Assembly (NCBI GenBank): GCA_963787255.1 | Contig: CAWBCJ010000025.1 | Location: forward strand, 256,001 to 320,000 | Direction: 5' to 3' | DNA: 64,000 nt | Source: Methanobacteriota archaeon | GTDB lineage: Archaea > Methanobacteriota > Methanobacteria > Methanobacteriales > Methanobacteriaceae | Shown here: in pieces, positions 22,437 through 33,669 of the stretch | How positions within the stretch are numbered: position 1 is the first letter of the stretch | Layout of the letters: the number at the start of each line of letters is the position of its first letter | Notes under the pieces: generated by a model | Told to the model about the DNA's origin: nothing | Databases searched by the model: none | What the model saw: only the letters and a program-made list of their open reading frames with translations | Program-made: the position numbers and the translations under genes

Positions 22437-23384
22437 TTAATATTCCGCATGTTCTTCATGTAATTTAGAAAAAATCATTGCTAATGTAATTATATCTTGT
22501 TGATTATGTTCAATTATAGGAATTAATGGCCCTACATTTCCTTTTTTTAGATAAGTCTGGTAAAATTCAGGCACTAAACCACTGGGAATATCATCTTCCC
22601 TTATAATATTAAATAGATGCCTTTCTATTGTTGTTAATTTACAATTCATCAATTCCTCGCTCCACTGCCTTCTTGAATAGTGCAGCATATCAAAATGAGG
22701 ATGATTTATATTTCTATTTATATTGAAATACTTCATTCTATTCTTAATAAATGGCAAATCAAAAGTTTGCCCGTTAAAAGTTACAAATACGCTATCATCG
22801 TCAATATCTGAAAGGAAAGCATCTAAAATTGCACTTTCTTCTCCTTTATCTCTTGATAAATATTGCTTTACGCTTATTTTACTTCCAGATACTTTAGCAA
22901 GCCCTAAAAGGATTATAGGTCTGTTGAAAAATCCTAATGTTTCAATATCTAGAAAAATATAGTCATCATCTTTGCTGAAACTTGATGAAAATAAGATTAG
23001 TGGATGTGATTTGGGGTAACAACTTGAAATCCAATCTTCTATTTCACATTTATCTTGTTTACATACTATTTTTAGGAACTTCGATGCATCTTCACCAAAT
23101 CTTTCATGATCCTGTAAATCTTCAATGGTTTTATATCCTTCTTCTTTTAATTTTCGTTCTCTTACTTCTCCAATTCCATTTAAAACCTTTAAATCACTTA
23201 AAATTTTTTCTTGAGCTTTTTGGGGACTTAAAATATTAAAATTCAGTGAAGAATCATTTTTTATACTGTAACAGGATCCTTCAGATGTGTTAATCTCTTC
23301 CCCTTTAATAAGTTCATCAAGGAGCTTTCCTTCATTTTCAATTAAAAGTTTTTCCTTTAATTTGTATGCATTTTCGTATTCCAT
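22437..23384 (-). CDS. YprB/MrfB-like RNase H-fold (DEDD) exonuclease
   Basis: FLDIETLG, TFNGQTFDLPF and HNQQDI motifs; HhH-like GIGEVRERKL. Confidence 0.85.
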   Translation of the reverse strand: MEYENAYKLKEKLLIENEGKLLDELIKGEEINTSEGSCYSIKNDSSLNFNILSPQKAQEKILSDLKVLNGIGEVRERKLKEEGYKTIEDLQDHERFGEDASKFLKIVCKQDKCEIEDWISSCYPKSHPLILFSSSFSKDDDYIFLDIETLGFFNRPIILLGLAKVSGSKISVKQYLSRDKGEESAILDAFLSDIDDDSVFVTFNGQTFDLPFIKNRMKYFNINRNINHPHFDMLHYSRRQWSEELMNCKLTTIERHLFNIIREDDIPSGLVPEFYQTYLKKGNVGPLIPIIEHNQQDIITLAMIFSKLHEEHAEY

Positions 23385-23689
23385 GTATTCATATCCGTTT
23401 AGGTTGCTCCAAAAGCTAAATTTAAACTCTATTAAAACTTTTAATATTAAATAATTGATTCTTTTTTTGATTATAAAATTGTTATCGTCTTTTATTTCAT
23501 ATTATACTAAATTTTAATTATTTCTATTTGATTAATATTTAATGCTGCATAAGGAGTATAAATAGTTGAGTTTTATATAATTTAAATTGTATATTACATT
23601 ATCAAATTTTCACTTTTCATGTTAAAATTAAAATTTTGAAATTAAAGAAAAAATATTGTTTAAAAAAAAAGAATTAAAAAAAAATAGTG

Positions 23690-24487
23690 TCATGATTTAT
23701 ATACATTTATATACTTACTGAAAATGCTTTGAAAGAACTTAGTTATTATTCCTTTACTTGTTAAATCGTTTTCATAGGAATATTTTCCTATTACTCCTGC
23801 TGCAAGGTTCATCAATATTCTGGAGGTATCAGAATTAGGATTGTCAACTAAAATAGAACTTCCTGCAGCAGATGCAATCTTTAATTCATAATCTTCAGGT
23901 ATAATTGAAAGTACAGGTATATTAAGAATTACTTCAATTTCTGCTGCTGTTAAAAATGATTTGTCAGACATTTTTCTGTTAATAACTACTCCTAAAATAT
24001 TTATTCCTAACTTTTCTGCCACTATTTTAGTTTTTAAAGCGTCACTAAGCGACGTTAATTCTGGAGTAGTAACAAGTATTAATTCATTTGATACTTCAAG
24101 TGCAGCTAAAGCGTCTCTTTCCAGCCCCCCAGGGGCGTCAATTAAAAGAATATCAATATCTTCAGTTAAAGACTCCAAAACTTCTTCCAGTCTTTCCAGT
24201 CTCATATCTTTTAAACCATAGAGGGAAAGGCCAGCAGGAACAATTTTCACACCTCCAGGACCTTCATAAACTGCATTATGTATTGTATCCCTTCCTGAAA
24301 GTACATCCTGCAATGTAACTGGTTTATCTTCAAGGCCAAGAATTAATTCTAAGTTAGCCATTGCTACATCAAGATCTAAAACTACAACGTCTTCTTGATG
24401 TAAAGATAAAGCTATTCCAAGATTCGCGGCTATTGTAGTCTTTCCTACACCGCCTTTTCCAGAGGCTACTACTATAACTCTTGCCAT
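23690..24487 (-). CDS. minD: archaeal MinD-family ATPase
   Basis: ASGKGGVGKTT, DLDVAMANL, IDAPGG and VTTPE motifs. Confidence 0.88.
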   Translation of the reverse strand: MARVIVVASGKGGVGKTTIAANLGIALSLHQEDVVVLDLDVAMANLELILGLEDKPVTLQDVLSGRDTIHNAVYEGPGGVKIVPAGLSLYGLKDMRLERLEEVLESLTEDIDILLIDAPGGLERDALAALEVSNELILVTTPELTSLSDALKTKIVAEKLGINILGVVINRKMSDKSFLTAAEIEVILNIPVLSIIPEDYELKIASAAGSSILVDNPNSDTSRILMNLAAGVIGKYSYENDLTSKGIITKFFQSIFSKYINVYKS

Positions 24488-24682
24488 AATTATCACCCAT
24501 TCTAATATTTACTCTTAATATATTCTGGTACTCACAGTCATATATTAATCAAAAAAAATAATGTGATTATTTTCACAAATAAAAAAAATAATCACTCTAA
24601 AAAAATACAGGAACTATGATTTTTAATAACATAATTTAATTAGGAGATTATTTTTATAAGTTATTGAAAATATGATATTATT

Positions 24683-25138
24683 ATGGAAGAACATTATAAA
24701 TTCATGAAGGAAGCAATTGGGGAAGCAAAAAAGGGATTATCAGAATCAGGAATTCCTATTGGTGCAGTTCTGGTTAAAAATGGAGAAATAATATCTAGAG
24801 GGCATAATAATCTACTGCAGAAAAATTCTGTAATACTACATGGAGAAATGGATTGTATTGAAAATGCAGGGAGATTAAATGGAATAGATTATCAAAAAGC
24901 CACACTTTATACAACATTATCACCATGTGAAATGTGTTCTGGCATGATTTTACTTTATAAAATTTCCAAGGTGGTTATTGGAGAAAATGAAACTCTTAAA
25001 GGACCTGAAGAATATTTAATTAAAAATGGTGTAGAACTAATTAATTTAAATTTAGACGAATGCAAGGCCATTATGAATAAATACATTGAAGATAACCCTG
25101 AGATATGGGGTAGTGAACTTGAAAAAGTGGGTTTTTAA
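24683..25138 (+). CDS. cytosine/nucleoside deaminase
   Basis: HGE...PCEMC zinc motif; GIPIGAVL. Confidence 0.9.
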   Translation: MEEHYKFMKEAIGEAKKGLSESGIPIGAVLVKNGEIISRGHNNLLQKNSVILHGEMDCIENAGRLNGIDYQKATLYTTLSPCEMCSGMILLYKISKVVIGENETLKGPEEYLIKNGVELINLNLDECKAIMNKYIEDNPEIWGSELEKVGF

Positions 25139-25238
25139 ACATATTTTTCAAAGAGTAATCATCTATACAGCTTAATATTAAATTTTAATCATTAAATAAT
25201 AATTTAATCTAATATTTCGAATCATAGAAGGCTAATTA

Positions 25239-26186
25239 ATGAAAAAAATCATCTGGCTATTAATTTTTTTAGTAATATCATTAGCTGCTATTGGAACATA
25301 TAATTATTATTCTACAGCTAAAAATACTGTTGTTGTGGGCTATTTACCAAGTAATCATGATTCTGCATTATTTGTAGCTAATTCAATGGGAATATTTAAA
25401 AAAGAAGGGATTAATGTCAAATTAGTACCATTTAGAGATGGTTCAGAGATTATAGATGCTGCAAATTCAGGATTAATAGATGTGGCATACTGTGGAATAT
25501 CACCGACAATTATGGCAATAGATAACGGAAATCCTATTAAAATAGTTGCATCAGTAAATCTAGAAGGATCTGCACTTGTAGTGAATAATAATTCTAATAT
25601 TAAGACATTAAAAGATCTAAAAGGTGCAAATATAGCAATACCACGTAAAGGATCAGTTCAAGATTTTTTATTAATGGATTTACTTTCAAGAAATAATATA
25701 AGCATAAATGAAGTAAATATTACCGTATCAGACGTTTCTTATATGCCGGATTCACTATTATTTAATAAATTTGATGCATTTATTGCATGGGAGCCCTATC
25801 CTTCTGTTTCAAAACTTGAAGATAATTCTAATGTTCTTTTATACTCAAAGGATATATGGGATGGACATCCTTGTTGTGTTGTAATTGCAACTAATGATTT
25901 TGCAGAAAAGGATGCTGAATATCTAAAGAAGTTTTTAAGGGCACACGTTGAAGCAACATATTATGTAAATTCCAATAAGGATGAAACTGCATTAATTGTG
26001 GCAAAAAAGCTTGGTACAGATGTAGATGTTGAAAAAGAAGGGCTAAAACATGTTGAATTTGTTTCAATTCCATCAGATGAGTTTATAAATAATGTTTTTA
26101 AATTCATGGAAATTCAAAAGCAAATGGGATATGTAAAAAATAATTTAACGAAAGAAATGTTATTTAATCTTCAATATCTTCCTTAA
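25239..26186 (+). CDS. ABC transporter substrate-binding protein (SsuA/NMT1-like)
   Basis: N-terminal anchor, AWEPYPS and HPCCV motifs. Confidence 0.88.
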   Translation: MKKIIWLLIFLVISLAAIGTYNYYSTAKNTVVVGYLPSNHDSALFVANSMGIFKKEGINVKLVPFRDGSEIIDAANSGLIDVAYCGISPTIMAIDNGNPIKIVASVNLEGSALVVNNNSNIKTLKDLKGANIAIPRKGSVQDFLLMDLLSRNNISINEVNITVSDVSYMPDSLLFNKFDAFIAWEPYPSVSKLEDNSNVLLYSKDIWDGHPCCVVIATNDFAEKDAEYLKKFLRAHVEATYYVNSNKDETALIVAKKLGTDVDVEKEGLKHVEFVSIPSDEFINNVFKFMEIQKQMGYVKNNLTKEMLFNLQYLP

Positions 26187-26203
26187 TTACTTCAATAAAA
26201 ATT

Positions 26204-27679
26204 TTATCTCTCTTTTTTTGTAGAAATTTCATGTTCAATCAAAGTGTTTTCTTTAATATATTCTTTTTCCTTTGAAAAAATAGAAAATAATAGAATTAAA
26301 ATGCTTATAATGATTCCAATAATGAATGCATTTTGAAATCCATCTAAAAGAATTCCTGTAGGTGCGCTAAATTGAAATGCGCCATTTGTAGGGGCACCAG
26401 TAAATTTAATAATTTCAGTACTGATTGTAAAATCGAATATTACATTGAAAATAACGACTCCCATTACCAGACCTAAGTATCTTGCAGAATTTAAAAGGCT
26501 GGATACGGATGCAATTTTTTCTTTAGGACTGTGGCTCATAACAAGTTTATTATTAGCGGGCGTTATCATTCCCTCTGAAAGTGCGCGGATTCCGAGAGTA
26601 ACAAGGATAAATAATAATCCAATAGTTTCATTTAATGAATAAAATAATATTAAGGCAATTGTAAGGCAAATAGATGCAATTATAACTGGTATTCTAGATC
26701 CAAAGCGATCAGATAGATGTCCTGATAATGGGCCGATAAATATGAGAAGTAATGCGGGTATAAGGATGATTATTCCTGCAAAGTCACTTGGATATCCCAT
26801 TATAAGTTCAAGATAGAAGGGTAGTAGAAATATGGTTCCTGTAAGTACTAATGTGGCGAAAAATGCAGTAAATACTGAAAGGGTAATGTTAATGTTTTTA
26901 AAAATATAAATATCAAATAATGGGTTATTATACTTTGATTCCCAGATTAAGAAGATTGCTGTTAATATCAAAGATATTATGAATGTTAGAATCATAAGTG
27001 TGTAGCTAATATCAAACTCTCTTTCTACATTGAAAGGCAAAATGAAGGTGAATATTGCTAAAAAGATTAATATTGAACCAATGATATCAAATCCAGTTTT
27101 AGAATCTTTTTTAGGTGATGAAGGCAGTACTTTATTTGCAAGAATAATTGTTGCTATTCCTAGAGGAACAACAGTTATAAAAATCCAGTTCCATTCCATG
27201 TTATTTAAAATAAATCCTCCAATTCCGTATCCTAAAGCTAATCCTAATGTTGTAGTAAGTGAGATGTAACCAAATATCATGCCTCTAGTTTTATGTGGGA
27301 AGTTGACGGTGATAATTACTGGTACCATAGAAATTAACATTGCAGATCCTAATCCTTGAATTACTCTATAAAATATAAGCTGATATATATCAAGTGATAT
27401 GGCACAAAAGTATGATCCTATGGTAAAAATAGAGATACCTAATATGAATAGTCTTTTTTGACCAATAATATCTCCTACGCGACCAAAAATAAGTAAAAAG
27501 CTTACTAGAACAAGAAGATGGATAATAATTATTAAAGAAACTAAATTGGTGCTTATATCGAGATATTGTGATATTGTTGGAAGTGAAATATTTACGATTC
27601 CAGCGCTAAATGACCATAAAAACATTCCAAAAGCAAGAGTAAAAATAATTAAGTTATTATTTGATTTAAACAGATTCAT
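26204..27679 (-). CDS. MFS transporter (DHA2/EmrB-like)
   Basis: NISLPTI, GRVGDIIGQKR and RVIQGLG motifs; about 14 TM. Confidence 0.9.
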   Translation of the reverse strand: MNLFKSNNNLIIFTLAFGMFLWSFSAGIVNISLPTISQYLDISTNLVSLIIIIHLLVLVSFLLIFGRVGDIIGQKRLFILGISIFTIGSYFCAISLDIYQLIFYRVIQGLGSAMLISMVPVIITVNFPHKTRGMIFGYISLTTTLGLALGYGIGGFILNNMEWNWIFITVVPLGIATIILANKVLPSSPKKDSKTGFDIIGSILIFLAIFTFILPFNVEREFDISYTLMILTFIISLILTAIFLIWESKYNNPLFDIYIFKNINITLSVFTAFFATLVLTGTIFLLPFYLELIMGYPSDFAGIIILIPALLLIFIGPLSGHLSDRFGSRIPVIIASICLTIALILFYSLNETIGLLFILVTLGIRALSEGMITPANNKLVMSHSPKEKIASVSSLLNSARYLGLVMGVVIFNVIFDFTISTEIIKFTGAPTNGAFQFSAPTGILLDGFQNAFIIGIIISILILLFSIFSKEKEYIKENTLIEHEISTKKER

Positions 27680-27815
27680 ATGAATATTAGCACATTAATA
27701 AAGATATAAACTCTTTTAAGAGTTTAAATATATTTTTTATTAAATTATGATTAAATTGGGAAAAAAGGTCATATTTCAAATAAATTTAAAAACACTTTAT
27801 ACCATATAAAAACTT

Positions 27816-28718
27816 GTGGAAAAATATTATTTAGTTTGCACCAGATGCAATGGATATTACGAACTTGAAGATGAAGAATCTCCAGATAATTTTGAATCAT
27901 GTCAATGCGGCGGAGATTTAATATTAGTTCAAAATATCAATGATTATTTCGATAATGAAGGATATAATGAATATGAAGAATACAGTAATAGAAAGAAGAA
28001 ATTTAAAAAAAGTACTCTCTTTTTAGTTTTACTTATAATCATAATTCCCCTTTTCCTATTTTTAAATGGTACATGGTTTAATATTAATGATTCTGATAAT
28101 TCTAGGATACAGGATCATTCTCTTATAGGTTCAGATAGCAGAGGTTATGTCATTAAAGAGGTATATGGTACTTCTAAAACATTAAACTCTAATTCAAAGA
28201 CAATAGCTATTGTAACAGGCATACATCCAAGAGAAGGTCTTTCAAAAAATGTTACAGGGAATTTAATTGATAAATACCCGCTTTATTCTAATATGAATAT
28301 TGTGCATTATGACATAAAGGTTACTAATAATCCTGATAGTTATAGTGAAGGTAGAAATAACGGAGAAGGGTTAGCAGCTGACTACATTTTGCCGGATATT
28401 TTAAAATCTAATGATGATCTTGTAATAATTTGCCATGATCATGAACCTGGTTATGGGCAGGGATTTTATATTGCAACGCCTGAAATGGATGAAAAATCCG
28501 TTAAAACAGCTGAATTAGTAAATCAGTCTATTCCGGGATTTAATTATTATCGGGCTGATAATATGAAGGAGTCTTCATCTTCTGCACTTAAGTTTTCAAA
28601 GCCACTTGCTTCGGCAGGCTATATGACATTTGTATATGAAATTCCAGAGTGGATCACGTATAATGAAGCTTACAGCATGACAAAAACATTCATTGATAAA
28701 TGTTTTAATTTTATTTAA
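27816..28718 (+). CDS. Zn-ribbon / TM / extracellular putative M14-like Zn-hydrolase
   Basis: CTRC...CQCGG, one TM, then TGIHPRE...CHDH...YEIP. Confidence 0.6.
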   Translation: MEKYYLVCTRCNGYYELEDEESPDNFESCQCGGDLILVQNINDYFDNEGYNEYEEYSNRKKKFKKSTLFLVLLIIIIPLFLFLNGTWFNINDSDNSRIQDHSLIGSDSRGYVIKEVYGTSKTLNSNSKTIAIVTGIHPREGLSKNVTGNLIDKYPLYSNMNIVHYDIKVTNNPDSYSEGRNNGEGLAADYILPDILKSNDDLVIICHDHEPGYGQGFYIATPEMDEKSVKTAELVNQSIPGFNYYRADNMKESSSSALKFSKPLASAGYMTFVYEIPEWITYNEAYSMTKTFIDKCFNFI

Positions 28719-28916
28719 GTTATTTTTTATTTTTTAGTATAATAATCCTCAATGAGCTGGTTTAAGGATAATTTAATGATTTTGAAAATATTAATAAATA
28801 ATGAAAAATAAATAATAATTGTAGGACAATAAATTCTCTTTTTAAGCCAAATCGTATGAAACATCTATAAAAAAAATTAGGATTTTCAGATGTAAATTAT
28901 AATGGAGGAATAATAA

Positions 28917-29168
28917 ATGAAAAATGTTAGAATGTACACTTTAAGTACTTGTCCATGGTGTAAAAAGACAAAAAAATTTTTTAAAGACCACGAAATTCCA
29001 TTTGAATATACTGATTATGATTTAACAGACGATGAAACGCGAGAGAAAATATTAAATGAAATGAGACAGCATGGTGCAAATGGATTTCCTTATGTAAAAA
29101 TAGGGGATAGTATAATAGTTGGATACAAGCCTGAAGAATATTCTCAGTTAATGGGAATAAAAGAATGA
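28917..29168 (+). CDS. glutaredoxin/NrdH-like protein
   Basis: YTLSTCPWCKKTK and GFP motifs. Confidence 0.9.
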   Translation: MKNVRMYTLSTCPWCKKTKKFFKDHEIPFEYTDYDLTDDETREKILNEMRQHGANGFPYVKIGDSIIVGYKPEEYSQLMGIKE

Positions 29169-29276
29169 TTTAATCTATTATCATTTATTTTTTTAAATTA
29201 ATTTATAGAAAAAATGCTTATAAGTTTTAAGTAATAATGAACTGAAAATTTTTCGGCTATATCTTTTCTTTTAATT

Positions 29277-29552
29277 CTATAATCCTTTTTCCTGCCGTAA
29301 AACTTTTCCTTTATCTACCATTTTACTTAAATAGTCAGTTACGAAACTAAATATTGTTCCATCCTTATCATTTTCAGCTAAAAAAAGAATAATATTGGCC
29401 ATTTCTTTAGTAAACTGGAATACATTCACTAAATCTCCACTTTTTTCCAGTTCAGTAATATAATCGTCAACAACTGCTTCAATCTCTTTGGATTTTCTTA
29501 ATTCTTTAGATTTAGGTTCTAATATTTTATTTTCATCATTATTATTATCCAT
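29277..29552 (-). CDS. hypothetical protein
   Basis: 91 aa ORF with GAGGTG SD. Confidence 0.65.
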   Translation of the reverse strand: MDNNNDENKILEPKSKELRKSKEIEAVVDDYITELEKSGDLVNVFQFTKEMANIILFLAENDKDGTIFSFVTDYLSKMVDKGKVLRQEKGL

Positions 29553-29717
29553 TTAGACACCTCAACAGAAAATTTAATATTCTCAATTGTTTATATGTGA
29601 ATTATCATATATCAATTTTTAATTATATCGTCTAAATAAAAAAATAACGATATAAAAATTAGATTATTATAATATATAAAATATTTTCTACAGATGAAAA
29701 ATTTGGAAGTATAATGT

Positions 29718-30546
29718 ATGAAAAACCATTTTAAGTTAGCTGTATGCCAGTTAAAGGTAATTGATGATAAAAAAGCTAATGTTAATCGAGCGTTGGAAAT
29801 GATTAAAATTTCGGCAGAAAACAACACAGATATAGTTGTTTTACCAGAAATGTTCAATTGCCCATACGATAACGCTAAATTTAAAGAATATGCAGAAACT
29901 AAAGGAGAAAGTGAAACGTTAAAAGCAATTTCTAAAGCTGCAAAGGATAATAATGTTTTAATTGTTGCAGGTTCTATTCCTGAATTATATAATAATAAAA
30001 TTTACAATTCATGCTTCATATTTAATAATTGTGGAGAACTATTAGGCGAATACAGAAAAATGCACCTCTTTGACATAGATACTCCCGAAATAAAATTTAA
30101 AGAATCAGATATTTTAAGCGCGGGAAACCAAATAGCTGTATTTAAGACTGAATTTACCAAAATTGGAGTTGCCATATGTTACGATATAAGATTCCCAGAG
30201 CTTTTAAGAATTATGGCACTTAAAGGCGCAGAATTAATTATTATACCTGGTGCTTTTAATATGACCACAGGGCCAGCCCATTGGGAACTATTAATACGTG
30301 GCAGAGCAGTAGATAATCAAGTTTTTATAGCTGCTGCATCATCTGCAAGAAATGAAGAACTTTCATACATTGCTTACGGTCACTCAATGATTACAGGCCC
30401 TTGGGGTGATGTATTAGTAAAAGCAGACAAAAATGAAGAGATTATTTATGCTGAACATTAATCTAGATGACCTTAAAAAAGCAAGAAGAGAATTACCTTT
30501 ATTAAAAAATAGAAGGAATGATATTTACAGTATTATTGAAAAATAG
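29718..30546 (+). CDS. carbon-nitrogen hydrolase (Nit2/omega-amidase-like), apparent +1 indel near 30456
   Basis: LPEMF, YRKMHLFD and ICYDIRFPE catalytic motifs. The conserved C-terminus (INLDDLKKARRELPLLKNRRNDIY) continues in another frame to TAG 30546. Confidence 0.88.
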
Positions 30547-30717
30547 TGATTAATTTTTTTATTTAAATATCAAATAAATCAAATTTATAATTTTTTTTAT
30601 AAATTTAACTAGCTATGATCAAATAATTCAGGTAGATGTAGAATACTTAATAGATAATTAACCCTTTATTTCCTTTAATAAAGCTTTTATAATATCAAAA
30701 AAGTTAAAAGAGAAATT

Positions 30718-31185
30718 TTATAAATCACTCCTTTTAACAAACTTTAATGCAGCAGAATTCATGCAATATCTTTTCCCTGTTGGAGGTGGTCCATCATCAA
30801 AAACGTGTCCAAGATGAGCATCACATAGTGAACATAAAGATTCATTTCTAACCATAAAATGGCTTGTATCAGTATTGGTTTTAACATTTTCTTCTGCAAC
30901 AGGTTCCCAGAAACTCGGCCAGCCTGTGCCAGATTCGAATTTAGTTTTTGAATCAAATAGATCTATATCACAGCAAACGCATTTGTAGATCCCGTCTTCA
31001 TGGCAATCATGATATTTTCCAGTAAAAGCCGGTTCTGTGCCCTGCTTTCTAGCTACATTAAATTGATTGGGTGTAAGGATATCTCTCCATTCATCATCTG
31101 TCTTTACAATCTTATCCATTAATTCAATTTTTCCTTTTTTAACTGAATAGATGGGTATCTTTTCAGATTGTTCATGAGTTTTCAT
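30718..31185 (-). CDS. msrB: peptide-methionine (R)-S-oxide reductase
   Basis: GTEPAF, KFESGTGWPSF and HLGHVFDDGP..TGKRYCMNSAAL motifs. Confidence 0.95.
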   Translation of the reverse strand: MKTHEQSEKIPIYSVKKGKIELMDKIVKTDDEWRDILTPNQFNVARKQGTEPAFTGKYHDCHEDGIYKCVCCDIDLFDSKTKFESGTGWPSFWEPVAEENVKTNTDTSHFMVRNESLCSLCDAHLGHVFDDGPPPTGKRYCMNSAALKFVKRSDL

Positions 31186-31299
31186 AAGTATTATCTTTGT
31201 ATTTATTTCTCTAAATAATTTATTATTTAACATTATTTTGATTTAAATTCCAAAAAATTGCTCAAAACATATATACTAGATGTTATTATACTTCTATTA

Positions 31300-31995
31300 A
31301 TGAATGATAAAATCCCTGTTTTGCACTGCAAACTCAAAAAATACGAGAGAAAATCAAAGCAAAAATCTAAAGAGGGTAAGGAACAGGTTAGCAGGAGATA
31401 TATGATCCCTGTTAAAAAAGACCAGATTGAAGGTACAAAATTCCAGGAAGTAGAAGATATTATTATATTAAGTAAGGAAGACTTTGAATACGAATTACAG
31501 AAATCAAAGGTCATGGATATAAGCCATGAAAAACTTAAACAGTCTCTTAATGCTAAAGAACTAAAAATAAGAGATCTAGATGAACAAATCAATCAAAAAA
31601 ATGTCACTGATGATAATTTAGAAGATCTAGAGAATAATTTAACTAATAAATTTCGATCAAAGCTTGAAAATATTGTGTATGAATATGAAACCGAAATAAA
31701 AACACTTACTAATAAAATAAATGAATTTGATGGAATTAACCAGGATTACAAGAATTTAAAAAAGTATAATATTGAACTTGAACGGGAATTAAAAAGATTA
31801 AGAGATTTAAGAAACCTGGAAAATGAATCTTTCCAAATTAAAATTCAGGAATTCGAATTGAATAGTGATGAATATGATAAATTAAAGAAAAGCCATGAAT
31901 TATTATGGGATGTTGTCCAGGAAAAAGATAAAGTTATTAAAGATCTTGAAAAAAGAGGTCTTGTAGATAATCTATTTAAAAAGATAAGAAAGTAA
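31300..31995 (+). CDS. coiled-coil hypothetical protein
   Basis: Long heptad-rich E/K/L C-terminal region. Confidence 0.7.
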   Translation: MNDKIPVLHCKLKKYERKSKQKSKEGKEQVSRRYMIPVKKDQIEGTKFQEVEDIIILSKEDFEYELQKSKVMDISHEKLKQSLNAKELKIRDLDEQINQKNVTDDNLEDLENNLTNKFRSKLENIVYEYETEIKTLTNKINEFDGINQDYKNLKKYNIELERELKRLRDLRNLENESFQIKIQEFELNSDEYDKLKKSHELLWDVVQEKDKVIKDLEKRGLVDNLFKKIRK

Positions 31996-32019
31996 ATCCA
32001 TTTAATTTTTATTATAAGT

Positions 32020-32580
32020 CTATTTTTTGTCAATTTTCTTTAAAGCTTTGTTTGCTACTTTTTTAAAATCTTTATCTCCTGTTGCGGCCCTTCTAGCTTT
32101 TTTAATTGGATCCACTGCTCTTTCATCACCAATATCTCCAAGCGCTTTAAGTGCAGCCATTCTCACTCCCCAATCTTCGTCGCTTAAAGTTTCAATCAGG
32201 GGGTTTAAAGCCTTGGCGTCACCCATTTCTCCCAGTGACTTTGCAGCGAATTTCCTCACAGCGAAATTTTCATCATTTAAAACTTCAATTAGAGTATCCA
32301 CCACGCTAGTATCTCCAATGTCCTTAAGTGCAAGAGTGGCATATTTTTTCATATTTCCACTTTCATCACTTTTTAAAGCGTTAATAAGGGGTTCTAATGC
32401 AGGTTTTCCTATTAAACCCAGGGATTTAGCTGCCTGAAACCGTACTTCAGGATTACTATCATTAAATGCTTCAATTAGAGGTTCTATACAGCTTTCATCT
32501 CCAGATTTACCCATTTCAAACGCGGTTTCTTTTCTAACTTCTGCGTTGTCATCTTTTAAGTTTTTTATAAAATTATCCAT
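32020..32580 (-). CDS. HEAT/PBS-lyase repeat protein
   Basis: Repeated VR..AA..LG.IGD..A..PLI..L.D units. Confidence 0.92.
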   Translation of the reverse strand: MDNFIKNLKDDNAEVRKETAFEMGKSGDESCIEPLIEAFNDSNPEVRFQAAKSLGLIGKPALEPLINALKSDESGNMKKYATLALKDIGDTSVVDTLIEVLNDENFAVRKFAAKSLGEMGDAKALNPLIETLSDEDWGVRMAALKALGDIGDERAVDPIKKARRAATGDKDFKKVANKALKKIDKK

Positions 32581-32830
32581 TTGATTTCTCCTTTCTACAT
32601 TTCCTTAAAATAAATATTTTCTTTATTTTCCTGATTTATGTATATAATATTTTCTAATTTATAATTATATATAAAAAATCATTTAAAAATGGTTATCTCC
32701 ATTTATAAATGTAAATTAACATAAAATATGGACAAAAAAATTAGAATATTTTTTGTATAATATATAGAAAATAATATATATACGAAATGAGTTCATAATT
32801 TTACCCCTTAAAAAAAGTATAACGATCAAT

Positions 32831-33568
32831 ATGAAAAACAATGAAATTTACGGCGCAAAAATAATTGACTCAGCGCTTTTAATAAAGGACAATTTAATTA
32901 TATCTGACCTTCATCTAGGTTATGAGCATTCTTTAAACGCAGAAGGCTTCATGATCCCTCGATTTCAATACAAAAAGATTATAAATCGCTTAAAAGAGAT
33001 TATAGATAAATCATACGCCCGTAAAATAATAGTTAACGGTGATTTGAAGCATGAATTTTCAAAAATCTCAAGACAGGAATGGAATGAAGTAATGGATTTC
33101 ATAGATTTCCTTAAAGAACATTTTGAAGAAATAATTCTAATTAAAGGTAACCATGATAATTTCACTAGCTTTATAGCTGAAAAAAATGATTTAGATGTGT
33201 ACGAAAGTTTCTCTGTAGAAAATTTTTTGATACTTCACGGAGATAAAATTCCTGAAAATTTTAGCATGATGAAAGAAGATACAGTAATAATTGGACATGA
33301 ACATCCCAGTATAGGTTTAAGATGTGGCGAAAGGATTGAAAAAGTAAAATGTCACCTTAAAGGTAGAGTAAATAATAAAAAATTTATAATAATGCCATCT
33401 TTTAATTTTGTAACTGAAGGTTCGGATGTATTACAGCAAAAAACTATTTCACCATTTTTAAAAGGTATATCACTAGAGGAATTTGAAGTATGGGGAGTAG
33501 AAAATTTTGAGGTTCTTAATTTCGGAAAATTAAAGAGCCTTCTGCAGGTTAAGAATAAACTAAATTAA
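32831..33568 (+). CDS. Lhr-associated metallophosphoesterase
   Basis: SDLHLG, NGDLKH, KGNHD, LHG and GHEHP motifs. Confidence 0.9.
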   Translation: MKNNEIYGAKIIDSALLIKDNLIISDLHLGYEHSLNAEGFMIPRFQYKKIINRLKEIIDKSYARKIIVNGDLKHEFSKISRQEWNEVMDFIDFLKEHFEEIILIKGNHDNFTSFIAEKNDLDVYESFSVENFLILHGDKIPENFSMMKEDTVIIGHEHPSIGLRCGERIEKVKCHLKGRVNNKKFIIMPSFNFVTEGSDVLQQKTISPFLKGISLEEFEVWGVENFEVLNFGKLKSLLQVKNKLN

Positions 33569-33669
33569 TAAGGGATTTAGAGATAAAATTTCTGTCAATT
33601 ATTGGGAAAAAACGATTTTTGTTTTATAACTCTTATTATTAATGAATTAATTTAAAAAAAAGGATAGAA

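Noticed and set aside
30450-30546. Programmed frameshift in the carbon-nitrogen hydrolase
   Set aside because: No slippery sequence or stimulatory structure is visible; a single extra base fits an assembly indel.
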